Assembly (NCBI GenBank): GCA_900234795.1
Contig: LT962688.1
Coordinates: forward strand, 900,001-932,000
Direction of reading: 5' to 3'
From: Methylorubrum extorquens
GTDB taxonomy: Bacteria > Pseudomonadota > Alphaproteobacteria > Rhizobiales > Beijerinckiaceae
Length of the DNA: 32,000 nt
In this document: piece after piece, positions 1 through 6,638 of the stretch
Layout of the letters: every line of letters starts with the position of its first letter
How positions within the stretch are numbered: position 1 is the stretch's first letter
The notes under the pieces: model-generated
What the model was told of the DNA's origin: nothing
Database searches by the model: none
Seen by the model: only the letters and a program-made list of their open reading frames with translations
Program-made: the position numbers and the translations under genes

Positions 1-55
1 CCCCGTCCAGGAACCGCCGATCATAGGCCTTGGTGCTGAAGATCGTGACGTCCAT
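1..55 (-). CDS. 2-hydroxyacid dehydrogenase (D-lactate dehydrogenase-like), first 18 codons only; gene continues past window start
   Basis: Reverse complement reads MDVTIFSTKAYDRRFLDG, which resembles the N-terminus of LdhA-type D-isomer 2-hydroxyacid dehydrogenases (E. coli LdhA begins MKLAVYSTKQYDKKYL). A GAGG Shine-Dalgarno lies just upstream at about 62-65. Confidence 0.55.
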   Translation of the reverse strand, partial: MDVTIFSTKAYDRRFLDG

Positions 56-332
56 GCGACCTCATCTCGCACGCTGCGATCCGACCATGCGGTTGATCCT
101 GCATGCCGGGCGCGCGGTGATCGCCGATGTCCGCGGCGCGCGCTGCCTCAAACAGCACATAACCGCTGCCGCCTTGCCCTGATGCCTCGCGGGCTGTGGA
201 TCATGACTGGCACCGAGCCGCCTCGGAACCACGCTCCGCGCCGGTCATGCGGATCCACCCATACCGGGCGTCGTGCACCCTCGAAGCAGGAAGCGTGTTG
301 CAGGACGAGCAGGCCCGCGGATGAGACGCCAG

Positions 333-368
333 AAACAAAAAACCCGCCAAGTCACGGACCGGGCGGGC
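333..368 (-). terminator. Rho-independent terminator immediately 3' of the tRNA-Gln fragment
   Basis: CCCGCC 343-348 pairs with GGCGGG 362-367. On the minus strand the hairpin is followed by a T-run (A-run 337-342 on the plus strand). It lies about 10 nt downstream of the tRNA CCA end. Confidence 0.6.
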
Positions 369-377
369 GAAAACCGA

Positions 378-439
378 TGGCTGGGGGACCTGGATTCGAA
401 CCAGGACTAGCGGAGTCAGAGTCCGCACCAACCAACTGG
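378..439 (-). tRNA. tRNA-Gln(CTG) 3' fragment (pseudo-tRNA / att remnant), not a complete gene
   Basis: Minus strand 426->378 reads GCGGA-CTCTGAC-TCCGC-TAGT-CCTGG-TTCGAAT-CCAGG-TCCCCCA-G-CCA. That is anticodon arm (anticodon CTG at 417-419), variable loop, T arm, acceptor 3' strand, discriminator G and CCA. The 3' end is very close to E. coli tRNA-Gln (..GGTTCGAATCC..ACCCCAGCCA). Positions 427-439 are only D-arm-like. The required 5' acceptor strand TGGGGGA is absent (AGCGTTT is found instead). Confidence 0.7.
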
Positions 440-488
440 AAACGCTACGCTTTTCTCCCGAACAGAGGAAAAAGCAGTCATGCAATAT

Positions 489-622
489 CAAAGGGTTACG
501 AAGAGAAATCCGACCAAACCTGCCTCAAAAGGGTACGGAGAAAAGCAAAACGCCGCTGCGGGGGGTAGAGCCCGCAACGGCGCTAATCGGAAGGATTCAG
601 GCAAAGGAACCAAGCGAAAGAA
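489..622. repeat. Three A-rich imperfect direct repeats (iteron-like)
   Basis: CAAAGGGTTACGAAGAGAAA 489-508, CAAAAGGGTACGGAGAAAAG 526-545 and GCAAAGGAACCAAGCGAAAGAA 601-622. They sit in a purine-rich stretch of about 300 bp with no convincing ORF, between the tRNA fragment and the primase operon. Confidence 0.35.
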
Positions 623-742
623 TACCGCCCGGCGAAACCCGCTGACAAGCGCCTCGGTGGCCGCCCTCGACCGAGAAGTCATGGTCTCCGGCGTGTTCAG
701 CAGTCGCACCGCTGCGCGCAGCTTTCTGCTGGGAGCCGCGGC

Positions 743-1018
743 ATGAGCGAGCACCCTTACTACGGCACGCCCGAGGAACTGCGCGACTTTGTGCACGAGT
801 GCCTGCACATGACCGCCTTCTATTCCGGCATGGCGGTCAGCTATGCTGAGGCCCATGACGACGCGGGCCTTGAGTATTCCACCCGGAAAGCCGCCACTGC
901 CTTAAAGTCAGGCGTGACCGTGCTCGGTATGCTCAAGCAGGCCAACGCCAAACTGCTGAAGGAGCGGCTGAGAGCACGCGCCGAACGCGAGGGCGCCGAC
1001 TTGGCGCTCGGGCTGTGA
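743..1018 (+). CDS. hypothetical small protein (91 aa) upstream of the primase
   Basis: ORF with a GGGAG Shine-Dalgarno about 8 nt upstream of the ATG. Its stop lies 12 nt before the primase ATG, so the two look like an operon. I recognise no family. Confidence 0.45.
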   Translation: MSEHPYYGTPEELRDFVHECLHMTAFYSGMAVSYAEAHDDAGLEYSTRKAATALKSGVTVLGMLKQANAKLLKERLRARAEREGADLALGL

Positions 1019-1029
1019 GGGAGGAAGGC

Positions 1030-2487
1030 ATGAGAGACTTTCCCTCTTTCGACGCGGAGCTTGATGACCTCGGGCCAGAGCCAGAAAGCCGCTGGCCAGG
1101 GTACGGCAACGATGAGCCGGAGCCCAAGCGCAAGCTGAAGCTCGACCACGATGGCGAGCCGCTGAACCAGGACTCAGCGGCGCAGGCGTTTGCCCAGCGC
1201 TACGCTGGGCGCCTGCTGTACTGCCACGACTCGGCCAAGTGGTACGAGTGGACGGGCGCCGCTTGGGAGCCCAACCGCTGCGGCATCGCTTTCCAGTGGT
1301 CTCGTGAGCTTATCCGTGAGCTGTTTGCTGAGAAGAGCGATAGGACGCGCTACATCGCCAGCAAGGTGGAGTTCGCAGGCGGAGTCGAGAAGTACTGCCG
1401 GCATGATCCAGCCCTCGCCGTCACTATCGAGGGCTGGGACGCCGATCCGTGGCTGTTGGGCACGCCCGGCGGCACAGTGGACCTGCGCACGGGCGACCTG
1501 CATCCGGCGGACCCTGCTGAGCGCATCACGAAGCTGACGGCGGTGGCGCCAGCCGAAGCGCCGAACTGCCCGAACTGGCTGCGCTTCCTTAACGACGTGA
1601 CACAGGGCGATGCCGGCTACATCCGGTTTCTGCAGCAATGGGCCGGCTACTGCCTGACCGGCGACACCAGCGAGCAGGCCCTGTGCTTCGCCTTTGGTGG
1701 CGGCGGCAACGGCAAGGGCGTGCTGATCCACGTGCTGGCCGGCATCCTGAAGGACTACGCTGTCAACGCCGCGATGGAGACCTTCACCGCGTCCAAGCAC
1801 GACCGCCACCCGACTGAGATTGCAGCCTTGCGCGGCGCACGGCTGGTGACGGCTTCGGAGACAGAGCAAGGCCGCCAGTGGGCAGAGGCCCGGATCAAGC
1901 AGCTGACCGGCGGCGACACCATGCGCGCCCGTTACATGCGGCAGGACGAGTTCGAGTTCACGCCCGTCCTGAAGCTGCTCATCATCGGCAACAACAAGCC
2001 CGGTCTGTCGAACGTGGATGACGCGGCGCGGCGCCGCTTCAACCTGCTGCCGTTCCTGTTCAAGCCTGCCGTGCCTGATCCCCGGCTCGAGGAGAAGCTG
2101 CGGGCAGAGTGGCCAGCCATCCTTCGCTGGATGATTGAGGGCTGCCTGGACTGGCAGACCAATCGTCTCGTTCGGCCCGATGTCGTGAAGGTGGCAACGG
2201 ACGAGTACTTCAGCGCGCAAGACACCTTCAGCCTGTGGCTGGAGGAGCGGTGCGTCGTCGATCGGACGAACCCCTACCGCAAAGCGACGACGCAGGAGTT
2301 GTTCGCATCCTGGAGTGAATATGCGCGGGCCAACAACGAGCCGCCCGGCACGCAGACCAGCTTCGGCGAACGCATGGAGAAGCTGGGATTCAAAAAGAAG
2401 GAGAAGGTAGCGACCGGCGTTGGCACTCGCGCCCGCGGCTATGAGGGTGTCGAGCTTCGACCACCATCCCAAGCGGCAGGCCAGTGA
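1030..2487 (+). CDS. phage/plasmid primase, P4 family (D5-like NTPase/helicase domain)
   Basis: ATG 1030 is preceded by GGGAGGAAGG; the ORF-track start at 1015 is a GTG overlapping the upstream stop. Walker A is FAFGGGGNGKGV (about 1693-1720). The layout is typical of P4 alpha/D5 family proteins (AFAQRYAGRLLYCHDSAKWYEWTG ... RFLQQWAGYCLTG ... RRRFNLLPF). Confidence 0.85.
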   Translation: MRDFPSFDAELDDLGPEPESRWPGYGNDEPEPKRKLKLDHDGEPLNQDSAAQAFAQRYAGRLLYCHDSAKWYEWTGAAWEPNRCGIAFQWSRELIRELFAEKSDRTRYIASKVEFAGGVEKYCRHDPALAVTIEGWDADPWLLGTPGGTVDLRTGDLHPADPAERITKLTAVAPAEAPNCPNWLRFLNDVTQGDAGYIRFLQQWAGYCLTGDTSEQALCFAFGGGGNGKGVLIHVLAGILKDYAVNAAMETFTASKHDRHPTEIAALRGARLVTASETEQGRQWAEARIKQLTGGDTMRARYMRQDEFEFTPVLKLLIIGNNKPGLSNVDDAARRRFNLLPFLFKPAVPDPRLEEKLRAEWPAILRWMIEGCLDWQTNRLVRPDVVKVATDEYFSAQDTFSLWLEERCVVDRTNPYRKATTQELFASWSEYARANNEPPGTQTSFGERMEKLGFKKKEKVATGVGTRARGYEGVELRPPSQAAGQ

Positions 2488-2606
2488 GGTGTCGCGGGTT
2501 GTCGCTAGTCCTCCGGTTACCTCACTTACGCACGCGCGCACGTGCAGTCAGTGCGGTGAACCAGCGACAACCCGCGACAGCCTCGGCCAAACCAATCGCC
2601 AATGGT

Positions 2607-2705
2607 AGAGGGAAAATTGATCATCTGGCGCAGCAGATCGGCGTCGGTGTTCTTTTCCATCAGCCCGCGCTAGGCCAGCTGACCCTGCTCGATGACCGGG
2701 AGGAC
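2607..2705 (-). pseudogene. IS256-family transposase N-terminal stub
   Basis: Minus strand reads ..VIEQGQLA*RGLMEKNTDADLLRQMINF.., which resembles the conserved IS256-family N-terminus (..L.EK..DADLLREMIGF..). It contains an internal stop and no downstream transposase body. Confidence 0.45.
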
Positions 2706-2712
2706 TGATGGT

Positions 2713-3603
2713 CTAGAATTCGGGGTTGGTTCGCACGGAGAATCGGTCGCGGGCAGTGAAGCGGTCTGCCGGTAGTTCGCCGCAGGAGCGTCGGTAGATG
2801 ATCTCGCTGAGATAGGAGCGCTCGATCTCGATCTGGTCTTCCTCGAGGTCGATGTACCAGCAGCGACGCGCGCCGCTCCAGCGGTAGCGGCGCGCCTTGA
2901 GCAGATCCTTGGTCTCGATCGGCGAGCCCTGCGCCCAGAGGCGCACGGTCGGCCGGCGGGCGGTTTCGAGGAGACATGACAGGGCTAGGCGCCCGGACGT
3001 CTTGAGCGGGCTGTCGAGCAGCCGGAGCAGGGCGTGGCAGTCGTCGATCGCCCGGTGGCCCTGGTGAAAGAACCCGTGGTCGATCAGCAAGTAGCCGAGC
3101 TTCATGCCCTCGTGGCCCTCGGCGCGCCACGGGATCTGGTGGCAGGAGCAGCCCCAGTTCTTCTCGGCAAACACCGGCCAGCGCGGCTCGCACATCTGCC
3201 GGTCGAAGCTGGCGTTATGGGCGATGACGACCGCAGCATCGGCCGCGATCCGGGCCACCGCCTCATCATCGATACGCTGACCGGCCACGTCGGCGTCGGT
3301 GATCCCGGTCAGCCGGGTGATCTCCGGGGGGATCGGCTTGCTGGGCTGGTGCAGTTGGTTGAACGTCTCGAGCACCCGGTAGATGCGCCCGCTGGAGCCA
3401 TATTCGAACTTGAGGATGCCAAGCTCGATCACCTCGTCCGTAGCGAAGTCGGTGCCAGTGGTTTCAACGTCGAGCACCAAGCCGATGAACGTCGGTTCGT
3501 TGGGCGGCTCGGGGCAGTCGGCCAGTGGCGCCAGCCGGCGCAGCACGCGGTAATCTCCCGTGCCTTCGAGCACGTTCGCGATGCTGTCGAGGGGCTGGTT
3601 CAC
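2713..3603 (-). CDS. DEDDh (DnaQ/epsilon-like) 3'-5' exonuclease with an extra C-terminal domain
   Basis: Exo motifs are present: I DVETTG, II AHNASFD, III HRAIDD. The C-terminal region of about 90 aa contains KDLLKARRYRWSGARRCWYIDL. The start is GTG at 3603. Confidence 0.85.
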   Translation of the reverse strand: MNQPLDSIANVLEGTGDYRVLRRLAPLADCPEPPNEPTFIGLVLDVETTGTDFATDEVIELGILKFEYGSSGRIYRVLETFNQLHQPSKPIPPEITRLTGITDADVAGQRIDDEAVARIAADAAVVIAHNASFDRQMCEPRWPVFAEKNWGCSCHQIPWRAEGHEGMKLGYLLIDHGFFHQGHRAIDDCHALLRLLDSPLKTSGRLALSCLLETARRPTVRLWAQGSPIETKDLLKARRYRWSGARRCWYIDLEEDQIEIERSYLSEIIYRRSCGELPADRFTARDRFSVRTNPEF

Positions 3604-3820
3604 GGCAACACGGTCCCGGCTTGGCTCTCCTTAGGCCGGCGGCGCCTCTGCCGTGCGGCTGTGCCGGTGAGCTTAACCGGTCCTGCAACAGGCTCACCAG
3701 CGGAATGCCTCGTCCGTCCACAGACATGAGGCCACCGACTGAACTGGCCGCTTACTGGCAACGGACCACGGACGCCATTGATTTCATCGCTGATGCGGAG
3801 AACATCAGGAAGTTCGGCCG

Positions 3821-4057
3821 ATGAACATGAGACCGCACTTCGCCGCCCTACGCAAAGAGGCCCGTCGTCTCCCGCCACAGGGTAACGCCCGAAACGTCGT
3901 TATAGACCGCATCACCCACCTCGAAGGCTGGCTTGAGGAGTTGGGTCGGCTGGACGTGGAGGAAGCACGGACGATCCGCCGCCATACCAGTCGGCTCGAC
4001 CATTACGGCGGGTGCAACAATCAACCTGAGGCGAAGGGTTGTGCCGATGACCAGTAG
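3821..4057 (+). CDS. hypothetical protein (78 aa)
   Basis: ORF only, with moderate third-position GC (about 70% by hand count). It is preceded by a 32-codon ORF (3726-3824) that overlaps it by ATGA. No family recognised. Confidence 0.3.
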   Translation: MNMRPHFAALRKEARRLPPQGNARNVVIDRITHLEGWLEELGRLDVEEARTIRRHTSRLDHYGGCNNQPEAKGCADDQ

Positions 4058-4108
4058 CGCCGCTGGCTTCGCGCTCAAGAACGCGGTGGCGCAGCTCCTG
4101 ACCATCTA

Positions 4109-4331
4109 CTAGGGTCTGTCGTCGCCTGAACGGATTGTCGGTGCTGGCGTTTTCTCGGTTTCAAATGAGGAGACGTGATGCTGTCAGACGCGCAGCGGGG
4201 TGAGTTGGAGCCGTTGATCGAGGCCTGTCGCCCAAAGGCCAAGACACGCTACGAGAAGACCGCCGTCAGCTTCGCCGGTGTCCTCTGCCTCGCCGCAACG
4301 CTCGATTGGCTCAAGTGACAACAGGCCCTAG
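4109..4331 (+). mobile_element. miniature IS5-family derivative (internally deleted IS, MITE-like)
   Basis: Terminal IRs are CTAGGGTCTGTCGTC 4109-4123 and GACAACAGGCCCTAG 4317-4331 (13/15 complementary). The internal 46-codon ORF 4178-4318 (MLSDAQRGELEPLIEACRPKAKT|RYEKTAVSFAGVLCLAATLDWLK) joins the N-terminus typical of IS5/IS4-type (DUF4096) transposases directly to their typical C-terminal tail. Confidence 0.6.
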
Positions 4332-4375
4332 GTCAGAACCCAATCAGCTTCACCGCGTGAACGGCTGCTTAGGGT

Positions 4376-4548
4376 CGAGGCTGTGTGAAAACGTCGAGGC
4401 CATAGAAGGATCTTCCCCTCGCACATCTGTGCAGCGCCGGCATGGCACCCCAACGGCAACTCGGCCGCCAACCATAATGCTCGCATGTCGGCAGCGCAGA
4501 AGATTGTTCTATAGTTTCGGCGCGCGCCTGAGTTTTCACACAGCCTCG
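4376..4548. repeat. MITE-like element bounded by a 17-bp perfect inverted repeat
   Basis: CGAGGCTGTGTGAAAAC 4376-4392 and GTTTTCACACAGCCTCG 4532-4548 enclose 139 bp with no credible ORF. Confidence 0.5.
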
Positions 4549-4743
4549 GTGGGTAGCAGACATTCACTCAAGATGCCGCAACTCGCTGCTCCTCCGCTGA
4601 CAGCAGACCTGTGCCGATCGAAATTCATGAGGCGACTTCTCGCCCGCCTTCTTCGAGGCAGCGTCCCGTTCGATCAAGTCTTTCTGACGTAATCTGGGTT
4701 AACTGTGCCGCTTGCGCCGATTGGCGTCGAAACAGGGGTGGCC

Positions 4744-5100
4744 ATGTCCTCTTCTGTCAAAGCAGGACTGCCCGGACCCGCAGTCCGGCCGGTGGGAACC
4801 GACAGCCCCACCGCGAACGGGAAGCCGCTCCCTGTTGCTCTGAGCCGTCCTGGGGTTGGTCCGGCGGTTTACGCCACCCTTATCGAACTCGGCGCAGATC
4901 CGGACGGCCTCCTTGCTGAGTTGGGGTTTAATCCCAGGCTCTTCGACGGCGGCAAGCTAGTCCCCTATGCCGCCCTCGGCCGCCTGATCACCCTCGAGGC
5001 CGAGCGGACGAATTGCCCTCACCTTGGGCTCCTCGTCGGCCAGCGCGCCACCCTGGCGTCGCTGGGGCCGATCAGCGTGTTGATGCGCCACTCGGACTAA
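4744..5100 (+). pseudogene. AraC-family transcriptional regulator, N-terminal fragment truncated by IS insertion
   Basis: ..VYATLIELGADPDGLLAELGFNPRLFDGGKLVPYAALGRLITLEAERTNCPHLGLLVGQRATLASLGPISVLMRHS resembles the AraC-type ligand-binding region. The reading frame runs into the IS3-type terminal repeat at 5098 and stops at 5098-5100. No HTH domain follows. Confidence 0.6.
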
Positions 5101-5147
5101 CCTGACCGGTATTTTGGACCGAGCCGAGTGAGCGACTGTCTTGCTGG

Positions 5148-6077
5148 TCAAGCGGGTTGCCATGGCGTTCCGTCTCTCAGGATGGCGTTGAGGATGGTGA
5201 TCAGCTTCCGAGCGGTGGCAATCAGGGCAACGAGCTTGGGCTTACCGGCTGCGATGAGCCGGTCGCGGAAGGTTTTCAGCGCGGCATTGTGACGGCTGGC
5301 CACCATGGCCCCCATGAACAGCGCCGTGCGAACAGGTGCGCGGCCGCCTGCAATGAAGCTCCTCCCTCGCCACTGACCGGATTGCCGCGTCCAAGGGGCC
5401 AAGCCGACCAGCGCGGCGACTTGCTTCCGGTTGAGGCTTCCAAGCTCAGGCAGCTCCGCGATCAGGGTTCGTGCGATCGTCGGTCCAACACCAGGAACGG
5501 AGGTCAGGAGGGTCTCCTTCCTGCGCCATTCAAGCGACCGGTCTACCTCTGCATCGATCGAGCGGTCGATCACACTCTGCTCCTGCTCCAACGCCTCTAT
5601 GACGCGCCGGACGCTGTCTCGAATGCACGGTGGAGCTTGGCTCGCTCGCTGCCGCTCGGACGCGATCAGTCCTACGATCTGACGGCGTCTTGTGACGAGA
5701 TCAGCCAAGGCCTGAGTCTCGGCATCGGCCCGAGCGCGAACGGGTGGGTTGGTGGCCGCCGCGAACCGGGCGATCACGGTGGCGTCGATGCGGTCGGTCT
5801 TGGCGCGTTGGCCCAAGGCGTGAGCGAAAGCACGGACCTGTGCTGGGTTCACGATCACGGCTGGTAGCCTCCAGGTGGTGAGAGCACGTGCCACCATGGC
5901 TTCCAAACCGCCGGTTGCCTCCAGGACGACGAGCTTCGGCTTCAGGGGCCGGAGGCGTTCGCACAGCTGCTCCACACCCTCTGTCGTACGGTCAACGGCG
6001 AAGTTCGCTCCAGAGGGATGAACGTGAATATCGAGGCGGTCTCGGGCGACATCGATCCCGACAACAGGAGCGTCCAT
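5148..6077 (-). CDS. IS110-family transposase (DEDD recombinase)
   Basis: MDAPVVGIDVARDRLDIHV.. is the DEDD_Tnp_IS110 N-terminus. ..LLTSVPGVGPTIARTLIAELPELG.. is the Transposase_20 motif. I prefer ATG 6077 (AAGGA Shine-Dalgarno) to the ORF-track start at 6251, whose extra 58 residues are low-complexity. Confidence 0.85.
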   Translation of the reverse strand: MDAPVVGIDVARDRLDIHVHPSGANFAVDRTTEGVEQLCERLRPLKPKLVVLEATGGLEAMVARALTTWRLPAVIVNPAQVRAFAHALGQRAKTDRIDATVIARFAAATNPPVRARADAETQALADLVTRRRQIVGLIASERQRASQAPPCIRDSVRRVIEALEQEQSVIDRSIDAEVDRSLEWRRKETLLTSVPGVGPTIARTLIAELPELGSLNRKQVAALVGLAPWTRQSGQWRGRSFIAGGRAPVRTALFMGAMVASRHNAALKTFRDRLIAAGKPKLVALIATARKLITILNAILRDGTPWQPA

Positions 6078-6257
6078 CTGATCCCATCCTTGCGCAAGCG
6101 GGCTTCGCGTTGAGCGGCCCAAGCGACTGTTCGGGTTCGATGGAACGGCGGGCGAGGACCCTGGCTCACTTGCGGGCTTGGTGGCCCCAGAGGCTAACGG
6201 TCTCTCACCCGCCACCGCGCCGAAGAGCATACCCGGCGAAGGTGGGATCAAGTTACA
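6078..6257 (-). ncRNA. candidate bridge RNA in the IS110 left end
   Basis: About 180 nt, non-coding, 5' of the recombinase, as in IS621-type elements. It contains three segments matching the element junctions (6189-6196, 6165-6170, 6122-6130; see finding). Confidence 0.4.
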
Positions 6258-6263
6258 AGAGGC

Positions 6264-6572
6264 TACTGCATGGCCGCTGCCATGGGTAGCCGGAAGGCCA
6301 GATCAGGGAAGCTGACAGGCGCGGGCGGCCGGTAGCCCAGGGACGAGTGCGGCCGGACGCGGTTGTAGGTGTTCTGCCACAGGGCGATCACGGCTGGGCT
6401 TCCTTGAGCGAGTAGAAGATCTCTTGGCGCAGGCACTCGTCGCGCAGCTCTGCTCGGAGATCTCCGCCTCCTTGCAGGCCAGGGCCAAACTCTTGCCCTG
6501 GGCGGTCTGCACCTCGATCTGGCGCAGCTTCAGCACCACCTGCTCCGCGCTCGTCTTCTGACCTCGCCGCAT
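6264..6572 (-). pseudogene. IS3-family transposase remnant (OrfA N-terminus fused to OrfB C-terminus, multiple frames)
   Basis: MRRGQKTSAEQVVLKLRQIEVQTAQGKSLALACKEAEISEQS is the OrfA HTH. In other frames come ..EIFYSLKEAQ.. and ..VIALWQNTYNRVRPHSSLGYRPPAPVSFPDLAFRLPMAAAMQ* (OrfB C-terminus, stop at 6263-6265). Confidence 0.65.
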
Positions 6573-6638
6573 GTCCGACTCCTTCAGTCCTGGCTGATCC
6601 TCTCAATCAGCCCGGTCCAAAGCCAGCCGGTCAGGTCA

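Larger units (their letters stand above)
5133..6257 (-). mobile_element. IS110-family insertion sequence (IS110 subgroup: long non-coding left end, short right end)
   Basis: Contains the transposase 5148-6077. The ends are predicted from CT-core logic and junction repeats (see findings). Only 15 nt lie between the stop codon and the IS3 repeat. Confidence 0.6.
5098..6638 (-). mobile_element. IS3-family element remnant (internally deleted) carrying a nested IS110-family insertion
   Basis: The terminal repeats are TAACCTGACCGGTATTTTGGACCGAGCCGAGTGAG (5098-5132) and the reverse complement of 6602-6638, TGACCTGACCGGCTGGCTTTGGACCGGGCTGATTGAG. They share 28/37 positions with one 2-nt gap. The TGACCTG start is IS3/IS407-like. 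Confidence 0.55.

Noticed and set aside
378-452. A complete 75-nt tRNA-Gln gene on the minus strand
   Set aside because: The acceptor 3' strand TCCCCCA needs TGGGGGA at the 5' end. The sequence in that position is AGCGTTT and cannot pair. Only the 3' two-thirds of the tRNA is present.
378-740. tmRNA (the tRNA-like 3' end plus a long structured upstream region)
   Set aside because: The tRNA-like part has a normal Gln anticodon arm rather than an Ala-type acceptor/T-arm-only domain. I could see no tag reading frame or pseudoknot pattern.
1174-2541. 455-aa ORF antisense to the primase gene
   Set aside because: The plus-strand frame carries the P4/D5 primase motifs and a strong Shine-Dalgarno. 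The antisense ORF has no motifs and a biased composition.
3600-3878. 92-aa minus-strand ORF overlapping the exonuclease start (GTGA)
   Set aside because: It is Arg/Gly/Ser-rich with no motif and no visible Shine-Dalgarno. It overlaps the opposite-strand ORFs 3726-4057. I cannot tell which, if any, is real, so I did not list it as a feature.
5148-6251. Full 367-aa ORF-track version of the IS110 transposase
   Set aside because: The first 58 residues are Pro/Ser/Gly-rich and overlap the structured left end. The conserved DEDD N-terminus (MDAPVVGIDVA) starts at the internal ATG 6077, which has an AAGGA Shine-Dalgarno.
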